Source of the DNA: a virus
Taxonomy: Duplodnaviria > Heunggongvirae > Uroviricota > Caudoviricetes
Length of the DNA: 30,377 nt
Reading direction: 5' to 3' (one strand)
Virus record (IMG/VR): IMGVR_UViG_2565956721_000001
This document shows, piece by piece, positions 10,361 to 20,884 of this stretch (positions within the stretch are counted from its first letter, which is position 1; each line of letters opens with the position of its first letter). The notes below the pieces were generated by a model that saw nothing but the letters and a program-made list of their open reading frames with translations, was not told the DNA's origin and did not search any database. The translations under genes were made by a program, and so were the position numbers.

Positions 10361-11101
10361 TTAACTGTCGGTGACAGTGATTTCTGCAACCGCAGCAAGT
10401 TCACCATTACCGGATACAACCGGAATGTTGACCTTGCCTGCAGCAACGCCGTTCACGGTGATGGTCATACCACTGACCGACACGGTGGCTTTTGTTTTAT
10501 CCGCTGACACCGCACGGAAGCTCTTGTCAGTTGCGCCCTCCGGCTGGAAGGCCACGGTCAGCGTGGTGCTCTGCCCTTTCACCACCGAGGAGCTGGCAGG
10601 CGTCACGGTCATACCGGTTGCCGCCGTCACCGTACTGCGATCTTCTGCCATTGACGGACGGCCCACATTGGTGACCTTCACCGTACGGGTGATCACTTCC
10701 TTCGCCGTCACCGCCTTACCGATACTGCTGACCCAGCCACGGAACACATCGACCGTGCCGTTCGGGAAGCGGATTTTATAGGCACGGGTATCACCTTCAT
10801 TAAACCACGCCAGCAGCGCCTGCTGCCCCTGCTCTCCGGGCATCCACGCCAGCGTGAAGCTGGTATCTCCGGCGGATTTCTGCCCCTGCCCGGTCGCGGT
10901 CCAGTCCGCATCTTCATCATCGAGATAACTGTCGTCATAGGACTCAGCGGTCAGTTCGCCGGGCGTCAGGTCTTTAATTTTTGCCAGACGCGACCAGTCA
11001 TTGTCTGAAAGCGGGTTTGCATAAGGGTCGCCGCTCCCGTTATAAACCCACAGTGTGGTCCCGGCCCCTTTCACCGGTGCCAGAGGATTTGGTGTTGGCA
11101 T
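10361..11101 (-). CDS. V: major tail protein V
   Basis: 246 aa from [18 protein letters not shown] (the track ORF extends 10 codons further upstream); C-terminal Ig-like domain; matches recalled lambda gpV. Confidence 0.9.
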   Translation of the reverse strand: MPTPNPLAPVKGAGTTLWVYNGSGDPYANPLSDNDWSRLAKIKDLTPGELTAESYDDSYLDDEDADWTATGQGQKSAGDTSFTLAWMPGEQGQQALLAWFNEGDTRAYKIRFPNGTVDVFRGWVSSIGKAVTAKEVITRTVKVTNVGRPSMAEDRSTVTAATGMTVTPASSSVVKGQSTTLTVAFQPEGATDKSFRAVSADKTKATVSVSGMTITVNGVAAGKVNIPVVSGNGELAAVAEITVTDS

Positions 11102-11108
11102 ATCGTCC

Positions 11109-11504
11109 TCACATTTCATAGGTAATGACATAAGTCAGATCGGCTGAACTCCACAGGCCCGCATCATCGTCGCGCCGGTAGTCATAGCCACTGGCCACCA
11201 TACTGGTGATCAAATCTGACAGTGCCGGGATATCGCTCATCACCGGATAAATCCGGGACTCCATCCACGAATCCAGCTCTGAATCCGGCACCTGAGCAGG
11301 CAGGAAAACTTCAATATGCAGCTCCGCCTGCCAGGTATCGCTGTCCAGCTCTTCGCCCGTGTATTCAGCGCCGGTGAGATAAACGGCAATTGCCGGAAAA
11401 TCTTCCTCATCAAAAACAGCAGGGCGACCATCAAAAAGCGTCGCCCCGGTGTCATGCTTCTCCAGTGCATCCAGTACGGCTGCACGGAGTTCAGTATGTT
11501 TCAT
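11109..11504 (-). CDS. U: tail terminator protein U
   Basis: 131-aa ORF, same length as lambda gpU. Confidence 0.9.
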   Translation of the reverse strand: MKHTELRAAVLDALEKHDTGATLFDGRPAVFDEEDFPAIAVYLTGAEYTGEELDSDTWQAELHIEVFLPAQVPDSELDSWMESRIYPVMSDIPALSDLITSMVASGYDYRRDDDAGLWSSADLTYVITYEM

Positions 11505-12079
11505 CGCTTTATTACCATTCTCAGTTGATGCTGCAGCGCATAGCCCAGCTCTTTCGGAAGACGCTCACGCCGTATCCGCTCAATATTCTGTTTAAACGCC
11601 GTGGTCAGCGGCACCGCCATCGGGATTTTCACCACATCAATGGGGTAACGGTTTTTCCCGGCCACACGCTGCATGACATGCCACCGGCCATTTTTCAGTT
11701 GCTGAATAAACGCGCCGGGAATACGACGGTTTCCCACCACAAGCACGCTGCCGCCACCTTTCAGGGATGAACGCTGCCCCTTTTTACGACGCCTGCGTCG
11801 GGACAGGACAACCCGCGCGTTACCCAGCCTGATTACGGGCAAATCCCCCCGGTTAACTTTGATTCTGGCCTGCGGATTTTTGACCGTGGCCCTTTTCAGC
11901 CTGGCCCTTTCCTTTACCAGTTTCCGGCGTACCTTTGTCTCACGGGCAACCAGTGACGCCGACTGCGATATCGCGGATGAAGCAACGCGGTTAATGGCCA
12001 TTGCGGCGGCACCAGGCACTGCCGTTTTGCTGATACGGCTGAGGTTTTCAACGGCCTGCTCAAGACCTTTTATGGCCAT
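11501..12079 (-). CDS. Z: tail completion protein Z
   Basis: 192 aa from MAIKGLEQAVENLSRI (the track ORF extends 22 codons upstream); matches recalled lambda gpZ. Confidence 0.9.
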   Translation of the reverse strand: MAIKGLEQAVENLSRISKTAVPGAAAMAINRVASSAISQSASLVARETKVRRKLVKERARLKRATVKNPQARIKVNRGDLPVIRLGNARVVLSRRRRRKKGQRSSLKGGGSVLVVGNRRIPGAFIQQLKNGRWHVMQRVAGKNRYPIDVVKIPMAVPLTTAFKQNIERIRRERLPKELGYALQHQLRMVIKR

Positions 12080-12090
12080 ACATCCCCCTT

Positions 12091-12444
12091 TCAGCGGCGA
12101 CGGCTGGCGGCAGGTGGTTGCCCCCGGTTGAGCCAGAGATAACAACTCCCTCCGTCATCCGGAGAAACACGGTCCACCCAGAACATCTCGCCGTTAATGG
12201 TCAGCGTGTCACCACGCCGTACAGCACAAACCGTATCCGTAAGCACAAATAATGACGGGTTACTTCCTTCAATACGGATCCCACTACTGGCAAAACCCAG
12301 CGACTCCGGATCGTCAAAAACGCCATGAACCTCGCCGCCACGCTGTGCACCGGAGGTGAACTGCGCACTGATGCCCATCACTTCAACAATCGTACTGTCC
12401 ACCCCGGCAAGGGCGGCATCAAAGGCATTCTGAAAATCACGCAT
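12091..12444 (-). CDS. FII: head-tail joining protein FII
   Basis: 117 aa from MRDFQNAFDAALAG; C-terminus VDRVSPDDGGSCYLWL resembles lambda FII. Confidence 0.85.
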   Translation of the reverse strand: MRDFQNAFDAALAGVDSTIVEVMGISAQFTSGAQRGGEVHGVFDDPESLGFASSGIRIEGSNPSLFVLTDTVCAVRRGDTLTINGEMFWVDRVSPDDGGSCYLWLNRGQPPAASRRR

Positions 12445-12811
12445 AAACAGCCATTCCACCATCAACGTGTGTTTTTGCATCTGAGGACATAATCAGAATC
12501 ACCCGACCAACATCCGCAAGCTCAACGGATTCCCCCGTTTCACCATCAACGCCACAGAGATGGAGGCAGGTCAGAACTCTGATGCGCGTTAACGCGCCGG
12601 ATGTTTCCTCACGAACATCATGAGCCGCGGTTTCCCGCTCCCGGATATCCATATTCATAACCTGTACATCATCGCCGGATGACTGCATTTCCTCTTCCCA
12701 TTCTGCCACCCGCTGCGCTATCTCTGCGGCACTCCCGGATATATCCGGCTCACGCCCCAGAATCAGGGCCAGTTCATCAAGCCGTTTCAGATTTTGCTCT
12801 TTCGTTGCCAT
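12437..12811 (-). CDS. FI: DNA packaging protein FI
   Basis: 124 aa from MATKEQNLKRLDELA with a GGGGG Shine-Dalgarno upstream; position between E and FII as in lambda; sequence diverged from lambda FI. Confidence 0.75.
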   Translation of the reverse strand: MATKEQNLKRLDELALILGREPDISGSAAEIAQRVAEWEEEMQSSGDDVQVMNMDIRERETAAHDVREETSGALTRIRVLTCLHLCGVDGETGESVELADVGRVILIMSSDAKTHVDGGMAVYA

Positions 12812-12862
12812 ATCAGCCCCCTGTGAAAAAAGACACGGGGGCATTTCGCCCCCGCTCACGGA

Positions 12863-13891
12863 TTATTTCACCTGTACCACCACAAACTCATCCGGGTCCG
12901 GCAACACCATCAGCGGCGCGGACTGCGTCATGGTAAATTCACGGGCGGGATCCCCTACCGTCAGCCAGTGTTTCGGATAACGGGAAGAGGCCACCACACC
13001 TTCGGACAACGCCTGAGCATCCTGAATGGCACCGTAACAACGGATCCCATCTGCAGCAGTATTCCCCAGAACCAGCATGCCATCTGGAAGATAACGTTTT
13101 TCGATACCGTCTTCTGCTATATAAGACGTTTTCGCCACCACAATGGCCAGATCGCCGTAATACCCCTTGAAGGACACCACTGCGCCCAGATCTTTCACTG
13201 CCGTTTCGAGTTGAGAATTTGAACCGCGACGGGTATCCAGTTTTTCGCGGAACAGCTTAAAACCATTCAGAAGACGCCAGACGGTACCGTCCATAATGGC
13301 AATATTCACAAGACCGCTGGCCAGGTCGCAGTAGAGGTCAATATCATGTGTAGGATCGAACGTGTCACGATCCTGTTTTGACCACTCCTTACCACTACCC
13401 TGAGTGATGTTATTCTTCGTCGACCTGCCAAAATCGACCTCAATTTTCTCGAACTGGTCTCCTTCCATGGTGTATTTGCCATACAACACAGCATTTACCG
13501 CCTGCATTTCTTCCACCTGGACAATCGCGTGCTCTTCCTGTTTGAGGTTATCGGTAATGATACGCAGACGGCGGTAAGCCGGATCATTCAGTTGAGATGG
13601 ATCTTCACCAGGAAGGCGCTCAACCGCCTGCTGGTAATTAAATTCGTGTTTCGGCTTGACGTAGCCCGGACGCAACACGCGGGTTTCACCACCACGATGA
13701 CGCAGCACTTTTCCTTCAACAACCGGGGAGACATAGGCCGCCACCGGCGTTTTTCCGGTAATTTTGTCCAGCATCACCTCTTCGGTATGGAAATTCACCG
13801 TACGGCGGAAAAACAGCTCCAGAAACAGCGCACGAAATTTAACTTTTTGTTCGGTATAACCGAGTAACTGGCGGGTCGTAAACAATCCCAT
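12863..13891 (-). CDS. E: major capsid protein E
   Basis: 342-aa ORF; length and position match lambda gpE (341 aa) with recognisable similarity. Confidence 0.9.
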   Translation of the reverse strand: MGLFTTRQLLGYTEQKVKFRALFLELFFRRTVNFHTEEVMLDKITGKTPVAAYVSPVVEGKVLRHRGGETRVLRPGYVKPKHEFNYQQAVERLPGEDPSQLNDPAYRRLRIITDNLKQEEHAIVQVEEMQAVNAVLYGKYTMEGDQFEKIEVDFGRSTKNNITQGSGKEWSKQDRDTFDPTHDIDLYCDLASGLVNIAIMDGTVWRLLNGFKLFREKLDTRRGSNSQLETAVKDLGAVVSFKGYYGDLAIVVAKTSYIAEDGIEKRYLPDGMLVLGNTAADGIRCYGAIQDAQALSEGVVASSRYPKHWLTVGDPAREFTMTQSAPLMVLPDPDEFVVVQVK

Positions 13892-13948
13892 AAATCAGTT
13901 CCTTTCATTCAGAAATCAGTCAGGCCACCGCGGTGGCCTGATAACGTG

Positions 13949-14296
13949 TTACGGCAGCGCCGCGTGACTCAGGGCACTGCCAGCAAAGGCGTTGGCCTTT
14001 TTGTGTTCATCCACACTTTCAGGCCAGTGGATTGCCTCCGTCGCAAAGGTTCCCGACTTGTAATACGTCAGCGCCGTCTCTGTGCCTTCAAGCGGCAGTA
14101 CCAGTATGCCAACCGCACTACCGGCTTTCTGTCCGTCCCAGACCACCAGTTTCCCGGTGGCTTCATCCAGCATCAGGGGCGTCAGTGCCGGTGTTGGCGA
14201 GGAAATCCCGCTGCTGCCTGTGGCGGTATGAGCCGGATCATTACCGGCAAAAATACGTACTTCCGCACGCTGTTCAGTGATGGTTTTCGTCACCAT
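13949..14296 (-). CDS. D: head decoration protein D
   Basis: 115-aa ORF; motifs DPAHTATG and TPLMLD match recalled lambda gpD. Confidence 0.9.
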   Translation of the reverse strand: MVTKTITEQRAEVRIFAGNDPAHTATGSSGISSPTPALTPLMLDEATGKLVVWDGQKAGSAVGILVLPLEGTETALTYYKSGTFATEAIHWPESVDEHKKANAFAGSALSHAALP

Positions 14297-14332
14297 ATTG
14301 TAAAAACCTCCTATTGATGGTCAGCACTGACT

Positions 14333-15838
14333 TCATGGCATGGCCATGAGCATTTTCACGTCCGCATCACCGTCTGCTGACGTCTGTGCCACGCCACCCT
14401 GTACCGCTGCCGGTGAATGGTTCGCCATGAAATGTTCAAACATGGCGGTTGTGGATGCAGAGACCGGTTCTGCCTTACCTGATCCCGCAGCCAGCACAGC
14501 CCGGGCGCTCTCCACTGTCATTCCCGGGCAGGCAGCCAGCTGTTCAGCCTGCGCCTCAGCCCCTTTTGCCTCATCCAGTGCCATGATCTGATCACGGAGT
14601 GATGGTCCGGCATCCGCCTGCGGTGAAGCAGCCAGGATCGGGCGGGCTTTTTCCACCGTCATCTCCGGCATCGCCGCCAGCGTTGCCGCCAGTTGTTCAC
14701 GACCGTTCGCTTCTTCACACACCATAATGCGATCGGCTTCACTCTGCGTGGATGCCACCGGCTGCTGCGGTGCCGCCGCGGCCAGAATCGCCCGGGCCTG
14801 TTCAACGCTCATGCCCTGTTGTCCTGCCAGCATCGTGGCAAGCTGTTCACGTCCTTTCGCTTCCTGGCATGTCAGGATCCCCATCACTCGCTGGTTCTCC
14901 TGCGCGGCGGCTTCCGTTGCAGTTAATTGCGGCATAGTGCCTCCTCTGACATTACTGTTCAGCGCCGTGGCCATCACACTGATGGCATCCGACGCATTGA
15001 TTAATTCATCCGCCAGCCCGGCCTCAATGCCGGACTGACCTTCAAAAACGGCAGCCTCTGTTCCCGTGACGGCATCAACAGACAGACCGGTATACATCGC
15101 CACTTTTTCGGCAAACATCCGGCGCGCCGCATCAATCCGCTGCTGCATGTCCTGGCGAACCTCTGCCGGCAACGCTTCAAACTGATTGCCATCCACCTTG
15201 TGCGCCCCTGAGTAAATCAGCGTGATATCCACACCGGCCTGCGCCAGATGACCGGCATAGCTGACATGGCTCATCATCACGCCAATGGAGCCGATACGGG
15301 ATGTCTGGGTAACCAGCCGTCGGGAGCAGGCCGACGCCAGCAGCATGGCTGCAGAACAGGCCGTGTCATTGCACAGTGCCCAGACCGGCTTCTGCTGACG
15401 GAGGCGGTAAATCATGTCAGCGCAGTCAAACGCGCCGGCGGCCTGCCCGCCCGGACTGTCAATGTCCAGCAGTACGCCCCGCACCTGGCTATCCGCCATT
15501 GCCTGCTGAAGACAGGCGACAATGCCGTCATAGCCTGTCATTCCGGAAAATGGCCGCATACCACCCAGCCGGTGCACCAGCGTGCCGGTCACCGGCAGTA
15601 CAGCAATACCGTTCACCACCCGGTAAACACGGGCCGGTCGTTTACCTCCGGCCATGTACTCGTCCGTTTCAGCCAGCATTCCGGGAGCATCAAACTGTAC
15701 CTGCTGTTGTGGTACCGAAAGACTTGCTGCCCCCATCTCGCGCCCGAGCGCGCAAAAGAAAACCCGCGCATAGGCGGGCTCCAGAAGCAGCGGTTCATTG
15801 AATGCTGCGGCAATAATGTGTGAAAGATTACGTCTCAC
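14333..15838 (-). CDS. C: capsid assembly protease C with in-frame nested scaffold Nu3
   Basis: 501-aa ORF (GTG start) overlapping the end of B as in lambda; Nu3 would be the in-frame C-terminal portion, starting near 15148 or 15118 (uncertain). About 62 aa longer than lambda C because of a repeated module. Confidence 0.85.
   Translation of the reverse strand: MRRNLSHIIAAAFNEPLLLEPAYARVFFCALGREMGAASLSVPQQQVQFDAPGMLAETDEYMAGGKRPARVYRVVNGIAVLPVTGTLVHRLGGMRPFSGMTGYDGIVACLQQAMADSQVRGVLLDIDSPGGQAAGAFDCADMIYRLRQQKPVWALCNDTACSAAMLLASACSRRLVTQTSRIGSIGVMMSHVSYAGHLAQAGVDITLIYSGAHKVDGNQFEALPAEVRQDMQQRIDAARRMFAEKVAMYTGLSVDAVTGTEAAVFEGQSGIEAGLADELINASDAISVMATALNSNVRGGTMPQLTATEAAAQENQRVMGILTCQEAKGREQLATMLAGQQGMSVEQARAILAAAAPQQPVASTQSEADRIMVCEEANGREQLAATLAAMPEMTVEKARPILAASPQADAGPSLRDQIMALDEAKGAEAQAEQLAACPGMTVESARAVLAAGSGKAEPVSASTTAMFEHFMANHSPAAVQGGVAQTSADGDADVKMLMAMP
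14486..14887 (-). repeat. three tandem imperfect repeats of a ~50-codon module inside C/Nu3
   Basis: Protein-level repeats VMGILTCQEAKGREQLATMLAGQQGMSVEQARAILAAAAPQ / RIMVCEEANGREQLAATLAAMPEMTVEKARPILAASPQ / QIMALDEAKGAEAQAEQLAACPGMTVESARAVLAAG; I recall only one such module in lambda. Confidence 0.7.
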
Positions 15839-17420
15839 GTGGTGTTGTCTCCTCTTCCGGCCTACGACTCTCCGCTATCTGCTGCTGATACGCCTGCTCT
15901 ATCCACACCGGACGTGAGAGTCCGGCTTTTTGCCGCTCAGCAGATTCCCTGACCTGCTGGCGGAAAATGTCCTGATAATCCTCGCCCATCAGCGCCAGCT
16001 CTTTCTCATACGTGCTCAGTCCGGCCTCAATGCGCATCACTGATTCCTGGACTTCCTTGAGCCCGTCAATGGCCATTCTTCCGGCACCAATCCACTCTGC
16101 CCGTGACCAGGCTGATCGCGCCTGATAAAAATCAAAACGTGCCCGTGGCGGACGAATAATCCCCCGAAGAAGTGCCTCTTCCAGCCAGCAGGAAAACATC
16201 TGCGTGGCCAGCCGGGCCGCAATAAATTTTCGCCGCCCCATAAAATAGCGCCACGACTCATTGGCGGAGGCGCGGGCACTTGAGTAACTGACCTTCGAGT
16301 AATCACGGGACAACTGTTCGTAGGAAACGCCAAGACCGGCGGCGATATACCGCAGCAGCGCCTGTTCAAGCGCAGAAAATCCATTGTCTGAATCCTGCGC
16401 AGTCTGTAGTTTCAGATCATCACTAGGGAAAAGGTGCGGAATTTTGACACCGCCCAGTGTCACGTTATTCGTGTCATACCAGCTGGAAAACTTCTCCAGA
16501 ATATTAATAAGCGGATTATCCTTCTGCTCCTGTGGCGCGCCGGCGATATATTCAAAGGCCTTTTCGGTATCAAGTTCACTTTCAATCGTCGCTGCATACA
16601 TCGCCTTCACTATGGCCGACTGAAGCTGTGTTGCCTGCAGGGAATCGAGCATCTTCAGCCGTTCCATGACGCTGTAAAACTGATTAGCCCCACGGGTCTG
16701 CCCGTCCTCCACCGGCTCGAAAATATGCAGCATGGCCGGACGCCCGGTGGGAAGTTCACGCGGGATCCGTTCCCATCGTCCACTACCAGAGAACGGAAAA
16801 TCATCCTCACAGATATGGTACGCGACGGCACGGCCATATCGATCGACCTCCACACCGGCCCGCAGAAAACGGTTCCCCATACCGTGTCCAGGCGTGTCCA
16901 CCCGTTTCGGACTCACGGCTTTAAAACGCGTACGGAATAACTGCGTGGTTTCCGTATCCCAGACCGGCTGCACAAAGATTTCGCCGTTAAACGCATGAAC
17001 GCCCACACCTTCACGGATAAATTCCGTGAACGTGCGTTTTCCTTCCACGTCGATCTCGCCAAACATCCCTTCGGCGTATTCCGACCAGGCCGCCTCCACC
17101 TCATCGACAAAGCTTTTTGCTGCGGTCTCCCGCATCCCCAGCCAGCGCCAGTTCGGACGGTAGCTGATCAGAAACATATGCCCGACAATGTGATCCTTAT
17201 GCAGAGCCACCGCATTAGCCGCTATTCCGTTATTGCGCACCAGATCATCTGCCCGGGCATTCCCCAGACGCAACGCGGGCAGCAGGGCCGCATCGGCACT
17301 CTGCGCCGGTGGCAACCACTCAGCCATTTGCCCGCCAAATCCTGCACCGCCCCCGTTGTAGCTGAGACTCTCACGAAGCGGAACGCCGTTCACATCAATC
17401 AGGACAGGCGTTCGTTTCAT
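15828..17420 (-). CDS. B: portal protein B
   Basis: 530 aa from MKRTPVLIDVNG; its ATG overlaps the W stop (ATGA); matches recalled lambda gpB. Confidence 0.9.
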   Translation of the reverse strand: MKRTPVLIDVNGVPLRESLSYNGGGAGFGGQMAEWLPPAQSADAALLPALRLGNARADDLVRNNGIAANAVALHKDHIVGHMFLISYRPNWRWLGMRETAAKSFVDEVEAAWSEYAEGMFGEIDVEGKRTFTEFIREGVGVHAFNGEIFVQPVWDTETTQLFRTRFKAVSPKRVDTPGHGMGNRFLRAGVEVDRYGRAVAYHICEDDFPFSGSGRWERIPRELPTGRPAMLHIFEPVEDGQTRGANQFYSVMERLKMLDSLQATQLQSAIVKAMYAATIESELDTEKAFEYIAGAPQEQKDNPLINILEKFSSWYDTNNVTLGGVKIPHLFPSDDLKLQTAQDSDNGFSALEQALLRYIAAGLGVSYEQLSRDYSKVSYSSARASANESWRYFMGRRKFIAARLATQMFSCWLEEALLRGIIRPPRARFDFYQARSAWSRAEWIGAGRMAIDGLKEVQESVMRIEAGLSTYEKELALMGEDYQDIFRQQVRESAERQKAGLSRPVWIEQAYQQQIAESRRPEEETTPRET

Positions 17421-17623
17421 AACCTCACTCCCAGCGGACGACGGCGACACCGGGTTGTCCCCAGTACCGACTCCGCATCATTGATCGCCCGGTTAAGCTC
17501 ATCCAGAGAAGCCGCCGTATATTCAATTCTGCGACCATCTTTCTGGACAGACACCACCCGTTTACCGGTTAATAAATCAAGGCGCGCCTGACGCAGCGCC
17601 TGCAGTTCAGCGACTGTAACCAT
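17417..17623 (-). CDS. W: head-tail joining protein W
   Basis: 68-aa [40 protein letters not shown], same length as lambda gpW. Confidence 0.9.
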   Translation of the reverse strand: MVTVAELQALRQARLDLLTGKRVVSVQKDGRRIEYTAASLDELNRAINDAESVLGTTRCRRRPLGVRL

Positions 17624-19535
17624 TCACTCCTCCGGACAGCTTCGCTGCCAGTTCTTTAAGGGTTGGCCGGGTCGTCTCTTCTTCCCGGGATTTTGCCAGT
17701 ACAGCCAGATCAAGCTGCCAGCGTTGCACGGACACACGTAATGCCGCGTAGGCATACACCAGGCAGTCCAGCGCTTCGTTACGCCGCTTTTTGTTATCCC
17801 ACAGCAGACGCATCTTTCCTTTTTCCCACTTCTCCACAAGCTCTTCCGCGACCAGTTGCTGCGCCTCTGTCTGCGAAAAAATCTCCGGATCATCAGGAAA
17901 ACGGATAGCATACGACGTGGCTTCATCCACAGGCGTGGGATCGGCTTTCATACGGGCATAGAGAATTTCTTTTGCGGTGTCCGTCCCCACTTCACACAGA
18001 TACACGCCCCGCTGATTGCGGGTTTTTGGCATGGTGATCACCGGCTTGCCATAGACAGATGCGCCTTTTACCGGCAGCACCCGGAAAACACCGTGTTTTT
18101 TTGACCTCTGATAAACGATTTCGCCATCGATCCCCCCGGTGTCCCAGCAGACACGGGAAATGGTCATTTCGGTTCCGTCTGCATGGCGGTATTTTTTGTT
18201 GATCGCCGCATCCACACGTAACAGCGTCTCTTCCTCATCGGGACGCCCCATAATGATGATTTTATCCACCAGAAAGGCTTCCTCTCCCGGAGCCCATCCC
18301 CAGACATACATCTCAAAACGGTTTCGCTGCGAGTCAATGCCCGCCGTCAGATAAACCACCCGGGCAGGCACCGCCGCCGTGTAACGCACAACCTTATCCA
18401 TCAGCACCTGGTGATCGAGTTTTTCGCCCACAGCCTCTTCCCAGGTCTCGCCCAGCGTGGTGTTCACAAAGGTTTTCAGGCCGTTGGGATCTTTCAGTGC
18501 ATCCAGCCAGTCATAGACAATCTGTACCCAGGTGGTGAACGGACTGTACGCCGTCCAGATATGGAAAGTGATGGAGCGCGGCGGCGGAATTTCATTATCC
18601 GCGGCGCTGAAAAACATCAGGCCGTCACGGGTCCACATGCCCGTGTTTTCACAGATCCACCGCCCGTTACTCTGGTCAAGCTCAGACTGATGGATCACAC
18701 AGCCATGATGCTCACAAAGGTAGAAAACACTTTCTGGCTTATTCTTCTCCCACTTAAGACCGAAAGGCGAGGCATCATCGCCAAATTTCAGATACTGCTC
18801 CTCCCCACAGTGCGGACAGGGCACATAAAAACGCATGAAGTGTGCCGACTCGTTAGCGGCTTTTTCGATCTGGCAGGAGCCTTTGATTTTAGGCGTCGAG
18901 CCGCGAATGGATTTTGGCCATACAGAGCCCTCAATACGTTTATCCCCCAGCAGGGTTGGCGAACCCTCTTTTTCAACATCCGGTTCGAACGAGGAAAGCT
19001 CGTCATAACAGACCACATCCACGGATTTTTCACGGTAGTTTTTTGCTGCCGCACCACCCAGACACCAGAACCCCACACCGGAGGAAAAACGCTTCAGGGT
19101 GAGCGTATTATCGCGGTGTTTTCTTCCGAACCATGGAGCCAGCTCCAGCAATGCAGGAACATCCCTTATCGTTGGCTCAACATGAGATTTCATAAAATCT
19201 TCAGCAGCTGAGTCCGTGGGCTGAAAAAGAAGGCTGTTGCGTGATTTATGCTCAATAAAATAAGCCTCCACTCCCAGCAACATCTTTGTATAACCAACAC
19301 GGGCAGATTTAATCAGGTTAACCGTGCGAATCAGATCGTTGCCCATACAGTTCATGATGCCAACCTGAAACGGCAGTGTTTCCCATCGCCCCGGGGTATA
19401 AGACGACTCTTTAGGAAGGTAATAATGTTTATTGGCCCACTGAACTGTCGTCAGTGGAACAGGAATAATGAGAGATAAAAGCCCTGTAGCTATCGCACCG
19501 GCTGCATTAGCTGCCTTCTGCGCGTCTGAAATCAT
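17607..19535 (-). CDS. A: terminase large subunit A
   Basis: 642 aa from MISDAQ, chosen so that the YYLPKES motif has lambda spacing; overlaps the Nu1 3' end by about 29 nt as in lambda. Confidence 0.9.
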
Positions 19536-20055
19536 CGATCCACCCGCCCACGTTTTCACCGGCCTTAGCTGCAACATTGGAGGCTTTCGCGATTTCAGTT
19601 TTCACCACATCAAGGTGTGATGGTGAAATGTCCGGATATTTACGCTGTAATGTCAACGGCACACGCACAAGTATCCCCGAAATCTCCTGTGCCACACGTT
19701 GCAGAATGAAGGTAAACAGTTCAGTTTCCAGCACTACTCCGTCTTCACGGGCATTTTTCAGTTCCTGCGCATCTGCCTGCGCTTTTGTGAGCCGGTAGCG
19801 TTCATAGTCAATGGTGCCGGGTTGTAAATCTGACTCCGCTGCCGCACGCAAATCGTCCAGTTCTTTGCGGAGCTTTTCGTTTTCGATATCAGTTTCCCTC
19901 TGCGCATACCACTGAATTGCCATGGCAGTATCAAATACAGATTCAATGCCCTTACTACCTTTGGAGGCGCAAGGGAGTCCCTGAGACTGCCAGCGTTCAA
20001 TCGTCCGCGGGTCCACGTTGAAAATTTCGGCAAGCCTCTTTTTATTAACCTTCAT
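19507..20055 (-). CDS. Nu1: terminase small subunit Nu1
   Basis: 182-aa [31 protein letters not shown] with a winged-HTH N-terminus; matches recalled lambda Nu1. Confidence 0.95.
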
Positions 20056-20099
20056 GAAAACAACCCATTATCAAATACAAGGCCCGACATGAAAACGCC

Positions 20100-20290
20100 A
20101 GAAAAAGGCATTTTCGGACACTTTCATGTCGGACCTTTACGGATGCAATATTAAAAAAAACAAAAAGTTATATTCGAGAAGTACCGACACGATTTTCCCT
20201 GAAAAATTTTCATAAATAGTGAAAAACCGCGAGGTCGCCGCCCCGTAACCTGTTGGATCGACGGAAAGGACCCGAAAACGAGAATAATTA
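20100..20290 (-). other. cos site (cosB, cosN, cosQ side)
   Basis: Minus strand at 20243..20232 reads GGGCGGCGACCT (the lambda 12-nt cohesive end), followed by CGCGGTTTTTCACTATTTATGAAAATTTT and inverted CGACATGAAA/TTTCATGTCG motifs toward Nu1 (cosB R-site-like); the other flank resembles the lambda right end. Confidence 0.85.
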
Positions 20291-20294
20291 TCAC

Positions 20295-20324
20295 TTACAG
20301 CAAGAATCGAATCTGATCTATTAT
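20295..20324 (+). promoter_or_regulatory. candidate sigma70 promoter for the plus-strand small-ORF pair
   Basis: TTACAG, 18-bp spacer, TATTAT, about 70 nt upstream of the 83-aa ORF; assigned by eye. Confidence 0.3.
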
Positions 20325-20391
20325 GGTGCTTGCTATTATGTGCCGGCACAAGTGCGTCGTTTACCGTCATTTCACACAGAGGCATCATCAA

Positions 20392-20643
20392 ATGAAAATC
20401 AGAAATATTCTCGCTATCTCCCTTGCGACATCATCCTTCAGTTGCCTGGCATTTAAATCCTCGCCCAATGTGCTACCAGGACCAACGAATCAACTAACTG
20501 CGGTAGAAAGTAAAATTATCGGACATTTTTATGCCCCACACAGTACATTACCCGGAACAACCATCACAGGGACATGTGACGCCTCCCCCGTCCCGGGATG
20601 CACCTGTCCGTTTTGTACTATGCTGCGTAGCCAAAACCGATAA
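20392..20643 (+). CDS. small secreted Cys-rich protein of unknown function (83 aa)
   Basis: Internal ATG of the track ORF 20323..20643, preceded by AGAGG; predicted signal peptide MKIRNILAISLATSSFSCLA; C-terminus TGTCDASPVPGCTCPFCTML has five Cys. Not recognised. Confidence 0.5.
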   Translation: MKIRNILAISLATSSFSCLAFKSSPNVLPGPTNQLTAVESKIIGHFYAPHSTLPGTTITGTCDASPVPGCTCPFCTMLRSQNR

Positions 20644-20704
20644 CATCCGCATTTACCTGGTATTCCATGATGAGTTCACGCAGCGACTGATAGAGGAAGG
20701 AAAG

Positions 20705-20884
20705 ATGGTTAGTAAAAGCAAGGCGCATTGCCGCCGCATGCTGCAGGCATTGCAACAGACGAGAGCAGGTATTTTTGACCAGTTGGAAAACTGCCAGCAT
20801 ACTTTGCCCGAGTATATCGCCATCTCATCGGAAACCAGTGCAACTCTTATTCATCGGGTTCCACCAGAGAAAAAGAAGAAATGA
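20705..20884 (+). CDS. small protein of unknown function (59 aa)
   Basis: ATG preceded by a strong Shine-Dalgarno GAGGAAGG; MVSKSKAHCRRMLQALQQTRAGIF...PPEKKKK; inner start of track ORF 20531..20884. Confidence 0.5.
   Translation: MVSKSKAHCRRMLQALQQTRAGIFDQLENCQHTLPEYIAISSETSATLIHRVPPEKKKK

Noticed and set aside
17624-17926. 100-aa minus-strand ORF
   Set aside because: Alternative frame fully inside the terminase large subunit gene.
20137-20456. ORFs 20137..20391 (-) and 20253..20456 (+) across the cos region
   Set aside because: They span cosN/cosB and the candidate promoter; no ribosome-binding sites, and the region is accounted for by cos.
20618-20800. 60-aa minus-strand ORF antisense to the 59-aa plus-strand gene
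   Set aside because: No Shine-Dalgarno upstream, whereas the plus-strand ORF has a strong one; only one of the two is likely real.
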